Origin: Patescibacteria group bacterium
GTDB lineage: Bacteria; Patescibacteriota; Microgenomatia; UBA1406; GWC2-37-13
Assembly: GCA_038064615.1 (NCBI GenBank)
Contig: JBBTSR010000001.1
Span: 22,558 to 86,557 of the forward strand
Reading direction: 5' to 3'
Length of the DNA stretch: 64,000 nt
A program made the position numbers and the translations under genes. The notes under the pieces are model-generated. The model was not told the origin of the DNA. It made no database searches and worked only from the letters and a program-made list of their open reading frames with translations. Positions 28,133 through 37,364 of this stretch are shown piece by piece; position 1 is the stretch's first letter, and every line of letters begins with the position of its first letter.

Positions 28133-28767
28133 TCAATGTCAACATCATTTTTTCTCTTAAAAAAAAATTCCTTACTTTTTACAATAGAAAGGTCATTTCC
28201 ATTGGAAATAAGCTTAATATACTCTCCATTTTTAATACCACCATATTGTATAACCATACCAAGATGGATTAACAAAACTCTCATCAAACCAGCGTGAGTG
28301 ACGACTAACACTTTATTTCCTTTATGTGTAAGCGCGGTTTCTTTGAAAAATTTAATGCACCTCTTTATCAAATCATCGTTATCTTCGATATTGAATCTTA
28401 ATTTATATTGTATCCTTTTGTTTTTAGTCAATTTTTCGTATTCTTTGTTCATTATCTTTAATAATTGAGTAGATTTGCCCTCAAATTGACCTAGTTTTTT
28501 TTCACGCAACAGTACATTTGTAATAACGCTTAGGTTATGTTTTTGAGCAATTATTTCTGCAGTGCTTTTAGCTCTTGCTAAATCTGAGGAAAAAATTGCT
28601 CGAAATTGAGTATGTTTAAGTTTTTTAGCAACTTCAACTGCCTGTTTTTCTCCATTTTTATTCAGTGGAACATTTCTCTGCCCTTGTATAATCTTTTTTA
28701 CATTCCACTCGGTTTCTCCATGTCTTACGATATAAAATGTGCAAAGATTTTTTTTATTATTTTGCAT
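28114..28767 (-). CDS. histidine phosphatase (phosphoglycerate-mutase family)
   Basis: 217 aa. RHGETEWN motif near the N-terminus and ...VVTHAGLMR.... Confidence 0.85.
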   Translation of the reverse strand: MQNNKKNLCTFYIVRHGETEWNVKKIIQGQRNVPLNKNGEKQAVEVAKKLKHTQFRAIFSSDLARAKSTAEIIAQKHNLSVITNVLLREKKLGQFEGKSTQLLKIMNKEYEKLTKNKRIQYKLRFNIEDNDDLIKRCIKFFKETALTHKGNKVLVVTHAGLMRVLLIHLGMVIQYGGIKNGEYIKLISNGNDLSIVKSKEFFFKRKNDVDIDHVFSE

Positions 28768-28768
28768 A

Positions 28769-30205
28769 CTAATTTTTCATAATAACTCGCATGTCATTAA
28801 AAGTTGTTCCTAATAAGTTACCAAACTCATCTTTTTTTGGTGCTTTTCCTGTTACTTTCCAATGTTTTCCAAAATTGCCAAGACCTCCAATGATAACTGG
28901 TTTTCTTTTTCCAAATCTTCCACCATAAACCATAAATCTTGCATGTGCATTAACTATAGACTGTTCATTAAGGTGGTCTGGGAGGCTTAATGGAATTTCA
29001 TATTTAGAATCAACATAAACTTGAATAATCCAAGGTTCCCGGAGTTTGACTACTCTTTTCATAACAAAATCTATTATTTTTTTAACGAACGATCGAGAAC
29101 CCCCTAGTCTAAATACGCCTTTACTGTCACTGTAATATTGCCCTGTTCCAGCACCACATTTTAATATTAACTTCTCTCTTAATGAAATTGGAAGCTCAAT
29201 AATCTGATCGATTGTTTTTATAGAAAGAAATCTGTCTGCCACATTTGGCATATAGATAATAAGTGGCTTCAAATTAATATTTTTACCAGAAACTAATACT
29301 GTTGGAATAATAATATCTCGTACTTTTTTACTAAACAGGTTTTTGTATTTTTCAGAAAATGGGAGTGCAAGTTGCCATTTTTGTCTGTAAATATAATTAA
29401 GGGGAGTTTCTATCCATAATTTTCCATTAATAGAAGCTTTTGCCAAAATATCTAATTTTTCTTTTTTGAAAAACTTAGTAAACCCTTGCCCATTGAAAAA
29501 ATCAATTTGAAGACGACTACCGTGACTATCGGTAACAAAAAAAATTCCATTTTTTTCAGTTATTCTCTCCGCTACTTTTTCTCGATCGAGTGGGATATAA
29601 AAAAGGCTACGTTTTGAGTATGCGTTTTGTAAATATTGTTCCCCATTGAACCAGACATCACGAACTGCATTAACAGCAACAGGTTGTTTTTTGCCAGTTG
29701 AATGTAAAATTAATTGATAAAATTGTTCCACCATATTTCCTAATTCTTTTGTATGAGAATCAAAAGGAATTTCGTGTGAATACACATCTTGAATACCAAA
29801 AAATAGTCCTGGACCACCCGATTTCCACTGAACTTCCGCAATTTTTCTCTCATTTCCTAGAGATACATAATCTACTCTGCATGATACGGGTTCTAAACCA
29901 GCAAGACAAACCATACGGTGAGCTAATACTTCTTCCTTTGACATACCGTATTCTGTAAATTTTTTTATCCAATTTGGGGCTTTTCCTTTTAAAGACTCCA
30001 AATAAATATTTGTAAATGTATTATAAAGTTTCCACAATACATATAAATCTTCTGAGGTTTCTTGAACTTCTTGAGAATTTAAACAGGTAGAAGAGGGTGT
30101 AATAAGAGAATTGTAATTATTGCCGTTCCCGTAAATAAGCTTTTCTTTTATAAATTTTTTACTAAGCGCAATAGATACTTTTGGGTCATAACGCAGGATA
30201 TTCAT
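28769..30205 (-). CDS. hypothetical enzyme-sized protein, family not recognised
   Basis: 478 aa. Tightly packed between the phosphatase (1-nt gap) and the ThDP enzyme (9-nt gap). Confidence 0.6.
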   Translation of the reverse strand: MNILRYDPKVSIALSKKFIKEKLIYGNGNNYNSLITPSSTCLNSQEVQETSEDLYVLWKLYNTFTNIYLESLKGKAPNWIKKFTEYGMSKEEVLAHRMVCLAGLEPVSCRVDYVSLGNERKIAEVQWKSGGPGLFFGIQDVYSHEIPFDSHTKELGNMVEQFYQLILHSTGKKQPVAVNAVRDVWFNGEQYLQNAYSKRSLFYIPLDREKVAERITEKNGIFFVTDSHGSRLQIDFFNGQGFTKFFKKEKLDILAKASINGKLWIETPLNYIYRQKWQLALPFSEKYKNLFSKKVRDIIIPTVLVSGKNINLKPLIIYMPNVADRFLSIKTIDQIIELPISLREKLILKCGAGTGQYYSDSKGVFRLGGSRSFVKKIIDFVMKRVVKLREPWIIQVYVDSKYEIPLSLPDHLNEQSIVNAHARFMVYGGRFGKRKPVIIGGLGNFGKHWKVTGKAPKKDEFGNLLGTTFNDMRVIMKN

Positions 30206-30214
30206 AGAAAAGGT

Positions 30215-31891
30215 TCATTTTTTATTGATATGATAGTTTTTAGTATATTCGTTGACATATAGATTTGGATAATAAATTGGAATTTCGATAAGCGTAGGTC
30301 CATTATAGCTATCAGCTTTTTTTAATGCCGGTTTTAAATCCTTAATATTATCAATCTTAATTCCTTGGCAGTGATTTGCTTCGGCAAGCTTGGCAAAATC
30401 AACTGGATGAAACACAGTAATTTTTTTATTGATCTTTTTTTTGCCCATAACCAAATACCTTTGAATCAATCCGCTTTGGCCATTGTTAAATACAAGAATT
30501 ACAATTTTAAGACCTAAACGAACCGCTGTTTCAATTTCGCCGCTATTTGAATGAAAACCTCCGTCACCAGTGATTGCAACAACTTTTCTTTTAGGATTGG
30601 CTATCTGTGCTCCAATCGCAAGTGGAAGTCCACTTCCAAATGAAGATAGTCCGCCGGATGTAACAAAATCTAAAGGTTTATTTGCCCTATAGAATATAGC
30701 CGAAACATGTCTATGTAGTCCAACATCATTTGCCAAAATGTAATCGTTATAATGTTCATTTAATACACCTAATACTTGATTTGGTAAGACTCCTTTTGGA
30801 TTCATCGTTTTATCTCCTTCCATTAGTTTTATTCGTTTTCTCAAACTTGATATATCATAAATTTCTTTTTTTGCAATCTTACGCGTATTTTCATTTAAAT
30901 ATTTAAGTCCTTCCTCTACAGGACATACGACGTCCATATCAAGATGTAATGCGTGGGGGGTATTATTTGGATATGGGGCTATTCGAGCTACTTTTTTTGG
31001 ATTTCCGATATTCCAAAGTTTTGGATAAAGATGTTCAACTAAATCATAACCGAGAAGTAAAAGAAAGTCGGGCTGACTAAAAATTGATCTTAAGGCAGGA
31101 AATTTTAATATAGAATCCATGTAAGGGGTAATTGCGCCATAGTTAAGAAGATGATTCGGTGGTAAAACTCCTTTGGCAGAATATGAACTTATAACGGGTA
31201 TGTTCAAATTTTCAGCAAGCTGTTTGATTGCAGTTTCGCACCCTAATTTTAACGCTACATCACCAACAACCAATAAGGGATTTGTTGAGGTCTTAATAGC
31301 CTTGATAATTCCATCAAGATTTTTTTTCGAATCATTTTGTTTAAAGCCATATGAAATGTTACTGATATTTTTGTCACTTTCTTTTATTTTTATAGAAGGA
31401 GACATGAGTATATCAATGGGAATTGAAATAAAAGATGGGCCAATCGGTTGAGACATTGACATTGATATTGCTTTGTCAATTGTGCTTATTACCTCTTCGG
31501 GATTTTTTACTTCATGTGCAAATTTTACAATCGACTTAAACATTGAAACTCCATCTACACATTGATGAGCATTGTTATAGTCAATTTCGTAAGTCTCAAG
31601 CTGAACAACAATAGCAATTAATGGATATCTGTCTAAAGCAGCTGTTGCAAGCGCCGTAGCGAAATTAGTAGTTCCTGGGCCAATTGTGGCAAAACATACC
31701 TGCGGACTTTTTGTAAATCGTGAAAGTGATATTGCTGCGAGACCGGCACTAAATTCATGTCTTGTTAATACAAATTTTGTTTTTTGATTTTCATCAAATG
31801 AGATTGCACTTGCTTCTCTTCCTACAATTCCAAATATATGCGTTATTCCTGCCTTATCTAAATATTCTTGTATCTGTTGAGCAATCGTCAT
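30215..31891 (-). CDS. thiamine-diphosphate-dependent enzyme, acetolactate-synthase-like
   Basis: 558 aa with three-domain ALS-like organisation. N-terminal ...GITHIFGIVGRE...GPGTTN.... ThDP-binding ...GDGGFHSNSGEIETAVR...VFNNG.... Confidence 0.8.
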   Translation of the reverse strand: MTIAQQIQEYLDKAGITHIFGIVGREASAISFDENQKTKFVLTRHEFSAGLAAISLSRFTKSPQVCFATIGPGTTNFATALATAALDRYPLIAIVVQLETYEIDYNNAHQCVDGVSMFKSIVKFAHEVKNPEEVISTIDKAISMSMSQPIGPSFISIPIDILMSPSIKIKESDKNISNISYGFKQNDSKKNLDGIIKAIKTSTNPLLVVGDVALKLGCETAIKQLAENLNIPVISSYSAKGVLPPNHLLNYGAITPYMDSILKFPALRSIFSQPDFLLLLGYDLVEHLYPKLWNIGNPKKVARIAPYPNNTPHALHLDMDVVCPVEEGLKYLNENTRKIAKKEIYDISSLRKRIKLMEGDKTMNPKGVLPNQVLGVLNEHYNDYILANDVGLHRHVSAIFYRANKPLDFVTSGGLSSFGSGLPLAIGAQIANPKRKVVAITGDGGFHSNSGEIETAVRLGLKIVILVFNNGQSGLIQRYLVMGKKKINKKITVFHPVDFAKLAEANHCQGIKIDNIKDLKPALKKADSYNGPTLIEIPIYYPNLYVNEYTKNYHINKK

Positions 31892-32058
31892 ATTTCGTAG
31901 TCAACAACGATTAATTAATAGACATTTTGATAGCTCATCATACTCCAAAGCAATTTATTAGTCAAGAACAATTTTTTTATTTTGCCTTATAAATCAAACC
32001 ATCTTTTGCAATATAATCGACAGGACATCGCGGGTCAGGTTGAGGTTTATTAGGATCT

Positions 32059-33318
32059 TTAGAAACAGATAATCCATAAGTTGGACAACCTCCCCTGACA
32101 ACCATGCTTAAAACCACAACCACCGCAAGGAATCATATGAGCTCTTTTGGAGTGAAAATCACGAACCTCTTTGAAAGGATTAATATCGTTTATTTCACCT
32201 CTCCACACATCAAGTAATGACCCACCCTGTTTTAGATATTTAACGATGTTAACTGGTGAAAAATATTGATCGGTAAAAGAGCAAGGCATCGCTTCACCTT
32301 TGGCATTAATGGTCATTTGCCTACTCCCGGCACCGCAATCCAATCCTGTTTTGAGAACCATATTGTCAGGATTATCATCGTAATTTACAGGATCATCAAA
32401 ATTAATCAAAGGATTTTTTTTAAATTGCCTGAGAGTGTTAAAGAGATTCCAATAACTACCGTTGGACTGCAAATGACTTATACCATTAATCAAAGCTCCG
32501 CCAACAGGACGGGCCATTCTTATCCTTGTCCTTATCTTAAATTTTTTAGCAATTTCCTCATATAAATATGTTGCGTGATTTACTGCATCTGGAGAGTCTG
32601 CAATGGTTGATCTTATTTCAATTTTATTTTTTGGATAACCTAATTCGCGTAATTTTCTAATACCAGCTAAGGCTTTATCATGAAGCCCTGGGTAATCTCT
32701 ATTGTTATCGTGGTATTTCTCCGGTTCGTCTATACTAACAGATATTTTCATACCGTAGTTTATTAATAGATCAATCATTTTGGAGTTAATATCAACTAGG
32801 TTATATCCTGAAGTACTCATTGAAAGACCAATTCCCGCCTCCCCAAGTATCTCTACTACTTCCGCAAAAGGTTTCCATGTAAAAGTTTCTCCTCCAGCCA
32901 CTTTAGTCTGAACTGCGCTTGATTTAACTATTTGTTTTGCAATCAAAATTCCATCATCTCGGCTTAATTCAGGTATCTTTTCGTGATTCGCTTTTTGAAC
33001 GTTTCTTATTAAAGGTACATTGGCAGAACAATGTGCGCAACTACATGGACAAATTAAAGTAGGATCAAGATAAACTTTATGTGGTGCACTCAATGCTCCG
33101 TCTACGATTTTAGGACTATCAAATATTCTAGCTTGACTTAAGGTTTTTGCCGAGGGTTCAGCTTCTCCATCCATTACAAAGAAAGTTTGGCCTTTTTTTG
33201 TTATTCCGCAACCTTTAATCCTAAGATAATTACCTGACTCAACTCTGTAAATTGCAACCGGAGATTGTTGCAAAGCTTCTTTTGTTTCTCTAGCTGCTGC
33301 AGACGGCAAAATTTCCAT
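32059..33318 (-). CDS. radical SAM enzyme with a SPASM-type C-terminal domain; 3' end apparently frameshifted (restored reading would end at 31977)
   Basis: CxxxCxxC read as CPCSCAHC. Later ...CGAGSRQMTINAKGEAMPC.... C-terminal CGGCGFKHGCQG is then out of frame at the C4 run 32092-32095. Confidence 0.8.
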   Translation of the reverse strand: MEILPSAAARETKEALQQSPVAIYRVESGNYLRIKGCGITKKGQTFFVMDGEAEPSAKTLSQARIFDSPKIVDGALSAPHKVYLDPTLICPCSCAHCSANVPLIRNVQKANHEKIPELSRDDGILIAKQIVKSSAVQTKVAGGETFTWKPFAEVVEILGEAGIGLSMSTSGYNLVDINSKMIDLLINYGMKISVSIDEPEKYHDNNRDYPGLHDKALAGIRKLRELGYPKNKIEIRSTIADSPDAVNHATYLYEEIAKKFKIRTRIRMARPVGGALINGISHLQSNGSYWNLFNTLRQFKKNPLINFDDPVNYDDNPDNMVLKTGLDCGAGSRQMTINAKGEAMPCSFTDQYFSPVNIVKYLKQGGSLLDVWRGEINDINPFKEVRDFHSKRAHMIPCGGCGFKHGCQGRLSNLWIICF

Positions 33319-33398
33319 ATGTCTTTTGTAAACCTATAGTATGTATTATATCAGATTTTATATAAAAATAAATTATCTCGTAGCTAAGTTGAAAGAGA

Positions 33399-34133
33399 TT
33401 AAAATTTTTCAAAGATAATATTTTCCAACAAAACATTTTTTGATAATAAAAATTGTTTTAAGGATTCCACAATAAGTCTTCCCCCACACAAGTAAAAATC
33501 ATAATCTGCAATTCGTAATTTGTTATTCATTAATTGTTTTTCCATACATTGGTCAACGTGACCTAATTCAAAATATTTTTTATCAATTTCTGGAATCATG
33601 TTTAGATTTTTTTCTCGGGAAAGACAAATTTTAAATTTAAAATTCGCAATTCGTAATTCGTAATTTTTTAATTCATCTAATAAATAGGCATCTTTGTAAT
33701 TTTTCATTCCCCAGAACAAAAAAAATTCTGAATTCTTAATTCTGAATTCTGAATTTATCATCGATCTCGCAGGAGCTATTCCTGTTCCTGTTACCAAAAA
33801 TATCTTTGGCCGGTCGTTTTCTTTTAAGCCAAACAGTCCCGCTGGGCCTTGAAAAATAATTTCAGTATTTTCTTTTAACGAAAATAAATAGTTAGACGCT
33901 AAGCCGCCTGGAACTATTTCAATAATTAAATCGAAACTATTTTTTTCGAAATCGGGGGAAGCGATTGAATAAAGACGAGAGACAGGACCTTTGGGTGATG
34001 GGACTTTAAGCATTACATATTGTCCCGGCCTAAAAATAATTTCCTTTGGCTCAAGTAAGTCAAAATGATAGAGATAGGTGTTGGAATTTAATTGGATCTT
34101 TTTTACTAGATTGGTTCTATAAGTAGATAACAT
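33399..34133 (-). CDS. ferredoxin-NADP reductase-like FAD/NAD(P)-binding oxidoreductase
   Basis: 244 aa. FAD-binding RLYSIAS and NAD-binding LVTGTGIAP. Contains three patches built from AATTCGTAATT-type words. Confidence 0.7.
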   Translation of the reverse strand: MLSTYRTNLVKKIQLNSNTYLYHFDLLEPKEIIFRPGQYVMLKVPSPKGPVSRLYSIASPDFEKNSFDLIIEIVPGGLASNYLFSLKENTEIIFQGPAGLFGLKENDRPKIFLVTGTGIAPARSMINSEFRIKNSEFFLFWGMKNYKDAYLLDELKNYELRIANFKFKICLSREKNLNMIPEIDKKYFELGHVDQCMEKQLMNNKLRIADYDFYLCGGRLIVESLKQFLLSKNVLLENIIFEKF

Positions 34134-34262
34134 AAATGTTAAATCTTAAACGGTTAAATGTTAAATAAACTGTTAAAGATTAAACTGTTAAACATAAAAA
34201 CGTTTAATATTTAAATATTTAATATTTCTTTAACCTTTAATATTTAATCTTTAAAAATTTGC
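34134..34262. repeat. AT-rich intergenic array of GTTAAA(T/C) words, followed by their inverse TTTAA(T/C)
   Basis: gttaaatcttaaacggttaaatgttaaataaactgttaaagattaaactgttaaac...gtttaatatttaaatatttaatatttctttaacctttaatatttaatc. Confidence 0.6.
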
Positions 34263-36626
34263 TTATAGACGTGCTCTCTGATTAATTTCCGCCTCGACCA
34301 GCTCTTTTGGCCTACCATACTTTAAGCGCGAAAGTTGAACAATCGCTTGGGCAATTTTTGGGTTGGCGCCGGCTTTAAATTTTTTAATGTCTTTGGTCAT
34401 ATCAACAGAAAAAGGCGGCACCGGTTCATTGTCAACGATTGTCTTCATATAAGCATGAAATCTTTCAATATTAATTAAGTCTGACTCGCCAAACACCGGT
34501 TGATATTCTCGCTGCATATATGAAGCATCGGTTACTCCTACTCTAAAAGAAATCAGGGTCCCAACATTTCCAAAAATAGCATTTTTAACTTCATCATCCA
34601 TCTGGCCAATAAATTGATTGGCAACCGTGAGATTAAGGTGGTATTTTCGGGCTTCGGACAAAATTGTGGCAAAATCCGGAGTGGCAAAATTCTGAAACTC
34701 ATCTACATAAAGAAAAAAATCGCGCCGTTTATCTTCCGGAATTTCTTGCCTGCTCATGGCCGCAATCAGAATTTTTGGAATTAAAACCAAACCCAAAAAA
34801 CTAGAATTTTCTTCACCTAATTTTCCTTTTGACAAGTTAATTAATAAAATTTTTCCTTCGTCCATGACTCGGCGGAAATCAAAAGCCGAGTCAGATTGGC
34901 CAATAATATTTCTCATGGTTTTATTGGTGATAAAACGGCCAAACTTGGAAACAATATAATCTAAGACTTCTGATTTGTGAAAGTCTGAAGTCTGGGCAAT
35001 CTGATCAGTCCAATAGCGCCTGACGATTGGATCTTGAACTTTTGGTAATAGTTCCTGGACATATTTTGGATCGGTTAAAACCCGGACTACCTCAACAAAA
35101 GTTGAACCTTTTTCGCTCATCACGGTTAACATGGCATTGCGAACAGCGTGTTCAAAGCGCGGGCCAATGATACCGGTTCTTTGAGGATCATAAAGTTTAT
35201 ACATCAGATTAATAATTGAGGTGGTGATAAAATGCTTTTGGTCTTCAGTTTTTGCTTCCAATAAATTCAGACCCATTGGTCTCTCAACATCGGATGGATC
35301 AAAATAGATAACGTCTTCCGCCCGCTCAGGAGGGATATATTTAACAATGTCATCAATTAGATCCCCGTGTGGATCAATCACACAAACGCCGTTGCCCGCT
35401 TTGATATCCTGGATGGCCATATCATGAAGCAGGACGGATTTACCAACGCCGGTTTTCCCGATGATATAAATGTGCCGTCTGCGATCTTCAACACCGATGG
35501 TCACCGGACGCTTAACGCCACGATAATAACCGCCGCCGAGAGCTGTACCACCCGTTTGAGGAACTTCGATCGGAACCGGAGCGGTCTTTGCCTTTAACCA
35601 CTGGATATGGGGTGTTTCAACAGTTTTGTTGGGAAAGTGAAAAAGAGTGGCTAATTCGTCAGTAGATAAAATTGAGATTGATTTGCCAAATGGCCAAAAT
35701 GCTGTATCTATAATTGGAAAAAATTTATAAATAAAATTGATCATAAATCCGCCTTTAAATAAATCTTTTGTGCCTCCAAAGTTATTCAAATCAGAGTTAA
35801 ATTGGGTAAAAGCATTTTTGATATTTTTTAGGTGGGTATCGGCCATATCCTTAGTTTTAGCCGTGACAACAAAACGAATCGTTGTTTCAAAGCCAGAGCG
35901 CGAACATTTGTCTTCAATTTTTTCCAATACTTTTGGATCGGTTTTAAAAGTGGCTTTTTCCGGATTAGCTTCATTTTTTTTGGTACTGGAGACATGGCTT
36001 TTTCCGGAACTCTTCCATTTTTTTCCAGCTGGACGAATTAAAATTTGGATGATACCTCCTTCATTGTCATCAAACTTTGATAGGGCTGAAGTAATGGCCG
36101 AAAGAGAATCAGTTGGTAGATCTCGATATAAGCGAATAGGCATATATGAAGCTTCTTTTTGCACTAAACCTCCAAAAACTACCTTTCCTTGTTCAGAAAA
36201 AATGTTCGGCTCATCAACTTTTCTAATGTCAGCCATTGGATAATATCCATAGATTGTTTTTTCAATTAGATCAATGATTCTGTTCGGAGCGGAAACATAA
36301 AATCTAATTTCCGCTTTTTTTCCAATGATTTCAAATGAAATAACATCATCCACTTCCAAGAAAGAAAAAAATCCAGATTTTTTAAGAGAGGAAAAAGAGG
36401 AAAACATCTGGTCGGCCGCATCAATTTTAATTTCATTTTCTTTAGCTAACTTTACCTCAAGGGTTATCATTTCGAGCGATATTTGTTCTCTTTTTTTTAA
36501 ACGGAAATAAATAACTATCAAGTAAATTAGAATGAAGGTCAAGCCGGCCGCTAGAAGAGCGGCCACGGTCGCCAAACTTATTGTAATTAATCTGTCAATA
36601 TAAATTTGATAGTCAATCTGGTCCAT
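34263..36626 (-). CDS. VirD4/TraG-like type IV coupling protein ATPase
   Basis: N-terminal TM region, Walker A IIGKTGVGKSVLL and Walker B FFLYVDEFQNF. I place the start at ATG 36626 (MDQIDYQIY...). A TATACT lies 6 nt upstream, and the longer track ORF (to 36695) would overlap the divergent gene and both promoters. Confidence 0.75.
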   Translation of the reverse strand: MDQIDYQIYIDRLITISLATVAALLAAGLTFILIYLIVIYFRLKKREQISLEMITLEVKLAKENEIKIDAADQMFSSFSSLKKSGFFSFLEVDDVISFEIIGKKAEIRFYVSAPNRIIDLIEKTIYGYYPMADIRKVDEPNIFSEQGKVVFGGLVQKEASYMPIRLYRDLPTDSLSAITSALSKFDDNEGGIIQILIRPAGKKWKSSGKSHVSSTKKNEANPEKATFKTDPKVLEKIEDKCSRSGFETTIRFVVTAKTKDMADTHLKNIKNAFTQFNSDLNNFGGTKDLFKGGFMINFIYKFFPIIDTAFWPFGKSISILSTDELATLFHFPNKTVETPHIQWLKAKTAPVPIEVPQTGGTALGGGYYRGVKRPVTIGVEDRRRHIYIIGKTGVGKSVLLHDMAIQDIKAGNGVCVIDPHGDLIDDIVKYIPPERAEDVIYFDPSDVERPMGLNLLEAKTEDQKHFITTSIINLMYKLYDPQRTGIIGPRFEHAVRNAMLTVMSEKGSTFVEVVRVLTDPKYVQELLPKVQDPIVRRYWTDQIAQTSDFHKSEVLDYIVSKFGRFITNKTMRNIIGQSDSAFDFRRVMDEGKILLINLSKGKLGEENSSFLGLVLIPKILIAAMSRQEIPEDKRRDFFLYVDEFQNFATPDFATILSEARKYHLNLTVANQFIGQMDDEVKNAIFGNVGTLISFRVGVTDASYMQREYQPVFGESDLINIERFHAYMKTIVDNEPVPPFSVDMTKDIKKFKAGANPKIAQAIVQLSRLKYGRPKELVEAEINQRARL

Positions 36627-36652
36627 AGAAAAAGTATATAATATATACGAGT

Positions 36653-37054
36653 ATGAAACAGCAGGAAAAAGTCGGGTACATTTTGCTTTTTGCATTTTTA
36701 TTTTTGAATTTAATTTATAGTCAATATATTTCTACAATTTATTTTCAATTTATTAATAATGATAAAAACTCAACTATTAGTTTTTTGCAAAAAATAAAAA
36801 ACTTACCTGAATATCAAAATATTTTAGAAATAAACAATAATATTTATGGGCAGACTGTTAAAGAGGTAATTTTTAAGCGGGAAAACAGAAAAAAAGAAAT
36901 GATAAATAATCTTGAACAACAATTGACTATTAACCCAAAAGCAAGGGACGTTCTCTACGGTATTTATTTACTATATAAAGAAGGGGGGGACAATTTGACA
37001 GCAGAGAAATATTTAAAATGGGCGAAGGAAGTAGACCCTGCTATTGGATTATAA
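36653..37054 (+). CDS. small membrane-anchored or secreted protein with a TPR-like C-terminus
   Basis: 133 aa with hydrophobic N-terminus GYILLFAFLFLNLIYS. TATAAT at 36637-36642. Confidence 0.5.
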   Translation: MKQQEKVGYILLFAFLFLNLIYSQYISTIYFQFINNDKNSTISFLQKIKNLPEYQNILEINNNIYGQTVKEVIFKRENRKKEMINNLEQQLTINPKARDVLYGIYLLYKEGGDNLTAEKYLKWAKEVDPAIGL

Positions 37055-37088
37055 TTTTTATAACTTTTATAATTGTTATAATGATTAA

Positions 37089-37364
37089 ATGTTGAAGCAA
37101 GTTCATCTCTATATTAAAGGCGACGTCATCGGTGTCGGTTTTCGAGCCTGGACGAAAATTCAAGCTAAGATTGTTGGGGTAACTGGGTGGGTACGAAACG
37201 TTGACGGCGATTGGGTTGAGGCTCAGATACAAGGAGAAGAAAAAAAAGTTAAACAAATAATTGAATTAATGAAAAAAGGTCCGCCGGTTTCCCACGCCTC
37301 AGACGTTCAAATCTTTTGGCAAGAGCCAAAAGAAGTTTTTGATGAATTCAAGATAGTTAAATAA
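37089..37364 (+). CDS. acyP: acylphosphatase
   Basis: 91 aa. ...IKGDVIGVGFRAWT...GVTGWVRN... Confidence 0.8.
   Translation: MLKQVHLYIKGDVIGVGFRAWTKIQAKIVGVTGWVRNVDGDWVEAQIQGEEKKVKQIIELMKKGPPVSHASDVQIFWQEPKEVFDEFKIVK

Noticed and set aside
35737-36243. 168-aa plus-strand ORF inside the VirD4-like gene
   Set aside because: It is antisense to a CDS with clear Walker motifs and has no motifs of its own. The long open antisense frame is most likely a by-product of the codon composition of the sense gene.
36627-36695. N-terminal extension of the VirD4-like ORF (track start 36695)
   Set aside because: The extension would overlap the divergent gene 36653-37054 and both back-to-back -10 elements (36633-36642). 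The ATG at 36626 gives a normal TM-first N-terminus with a -10 hexamer 6 nt upstream.
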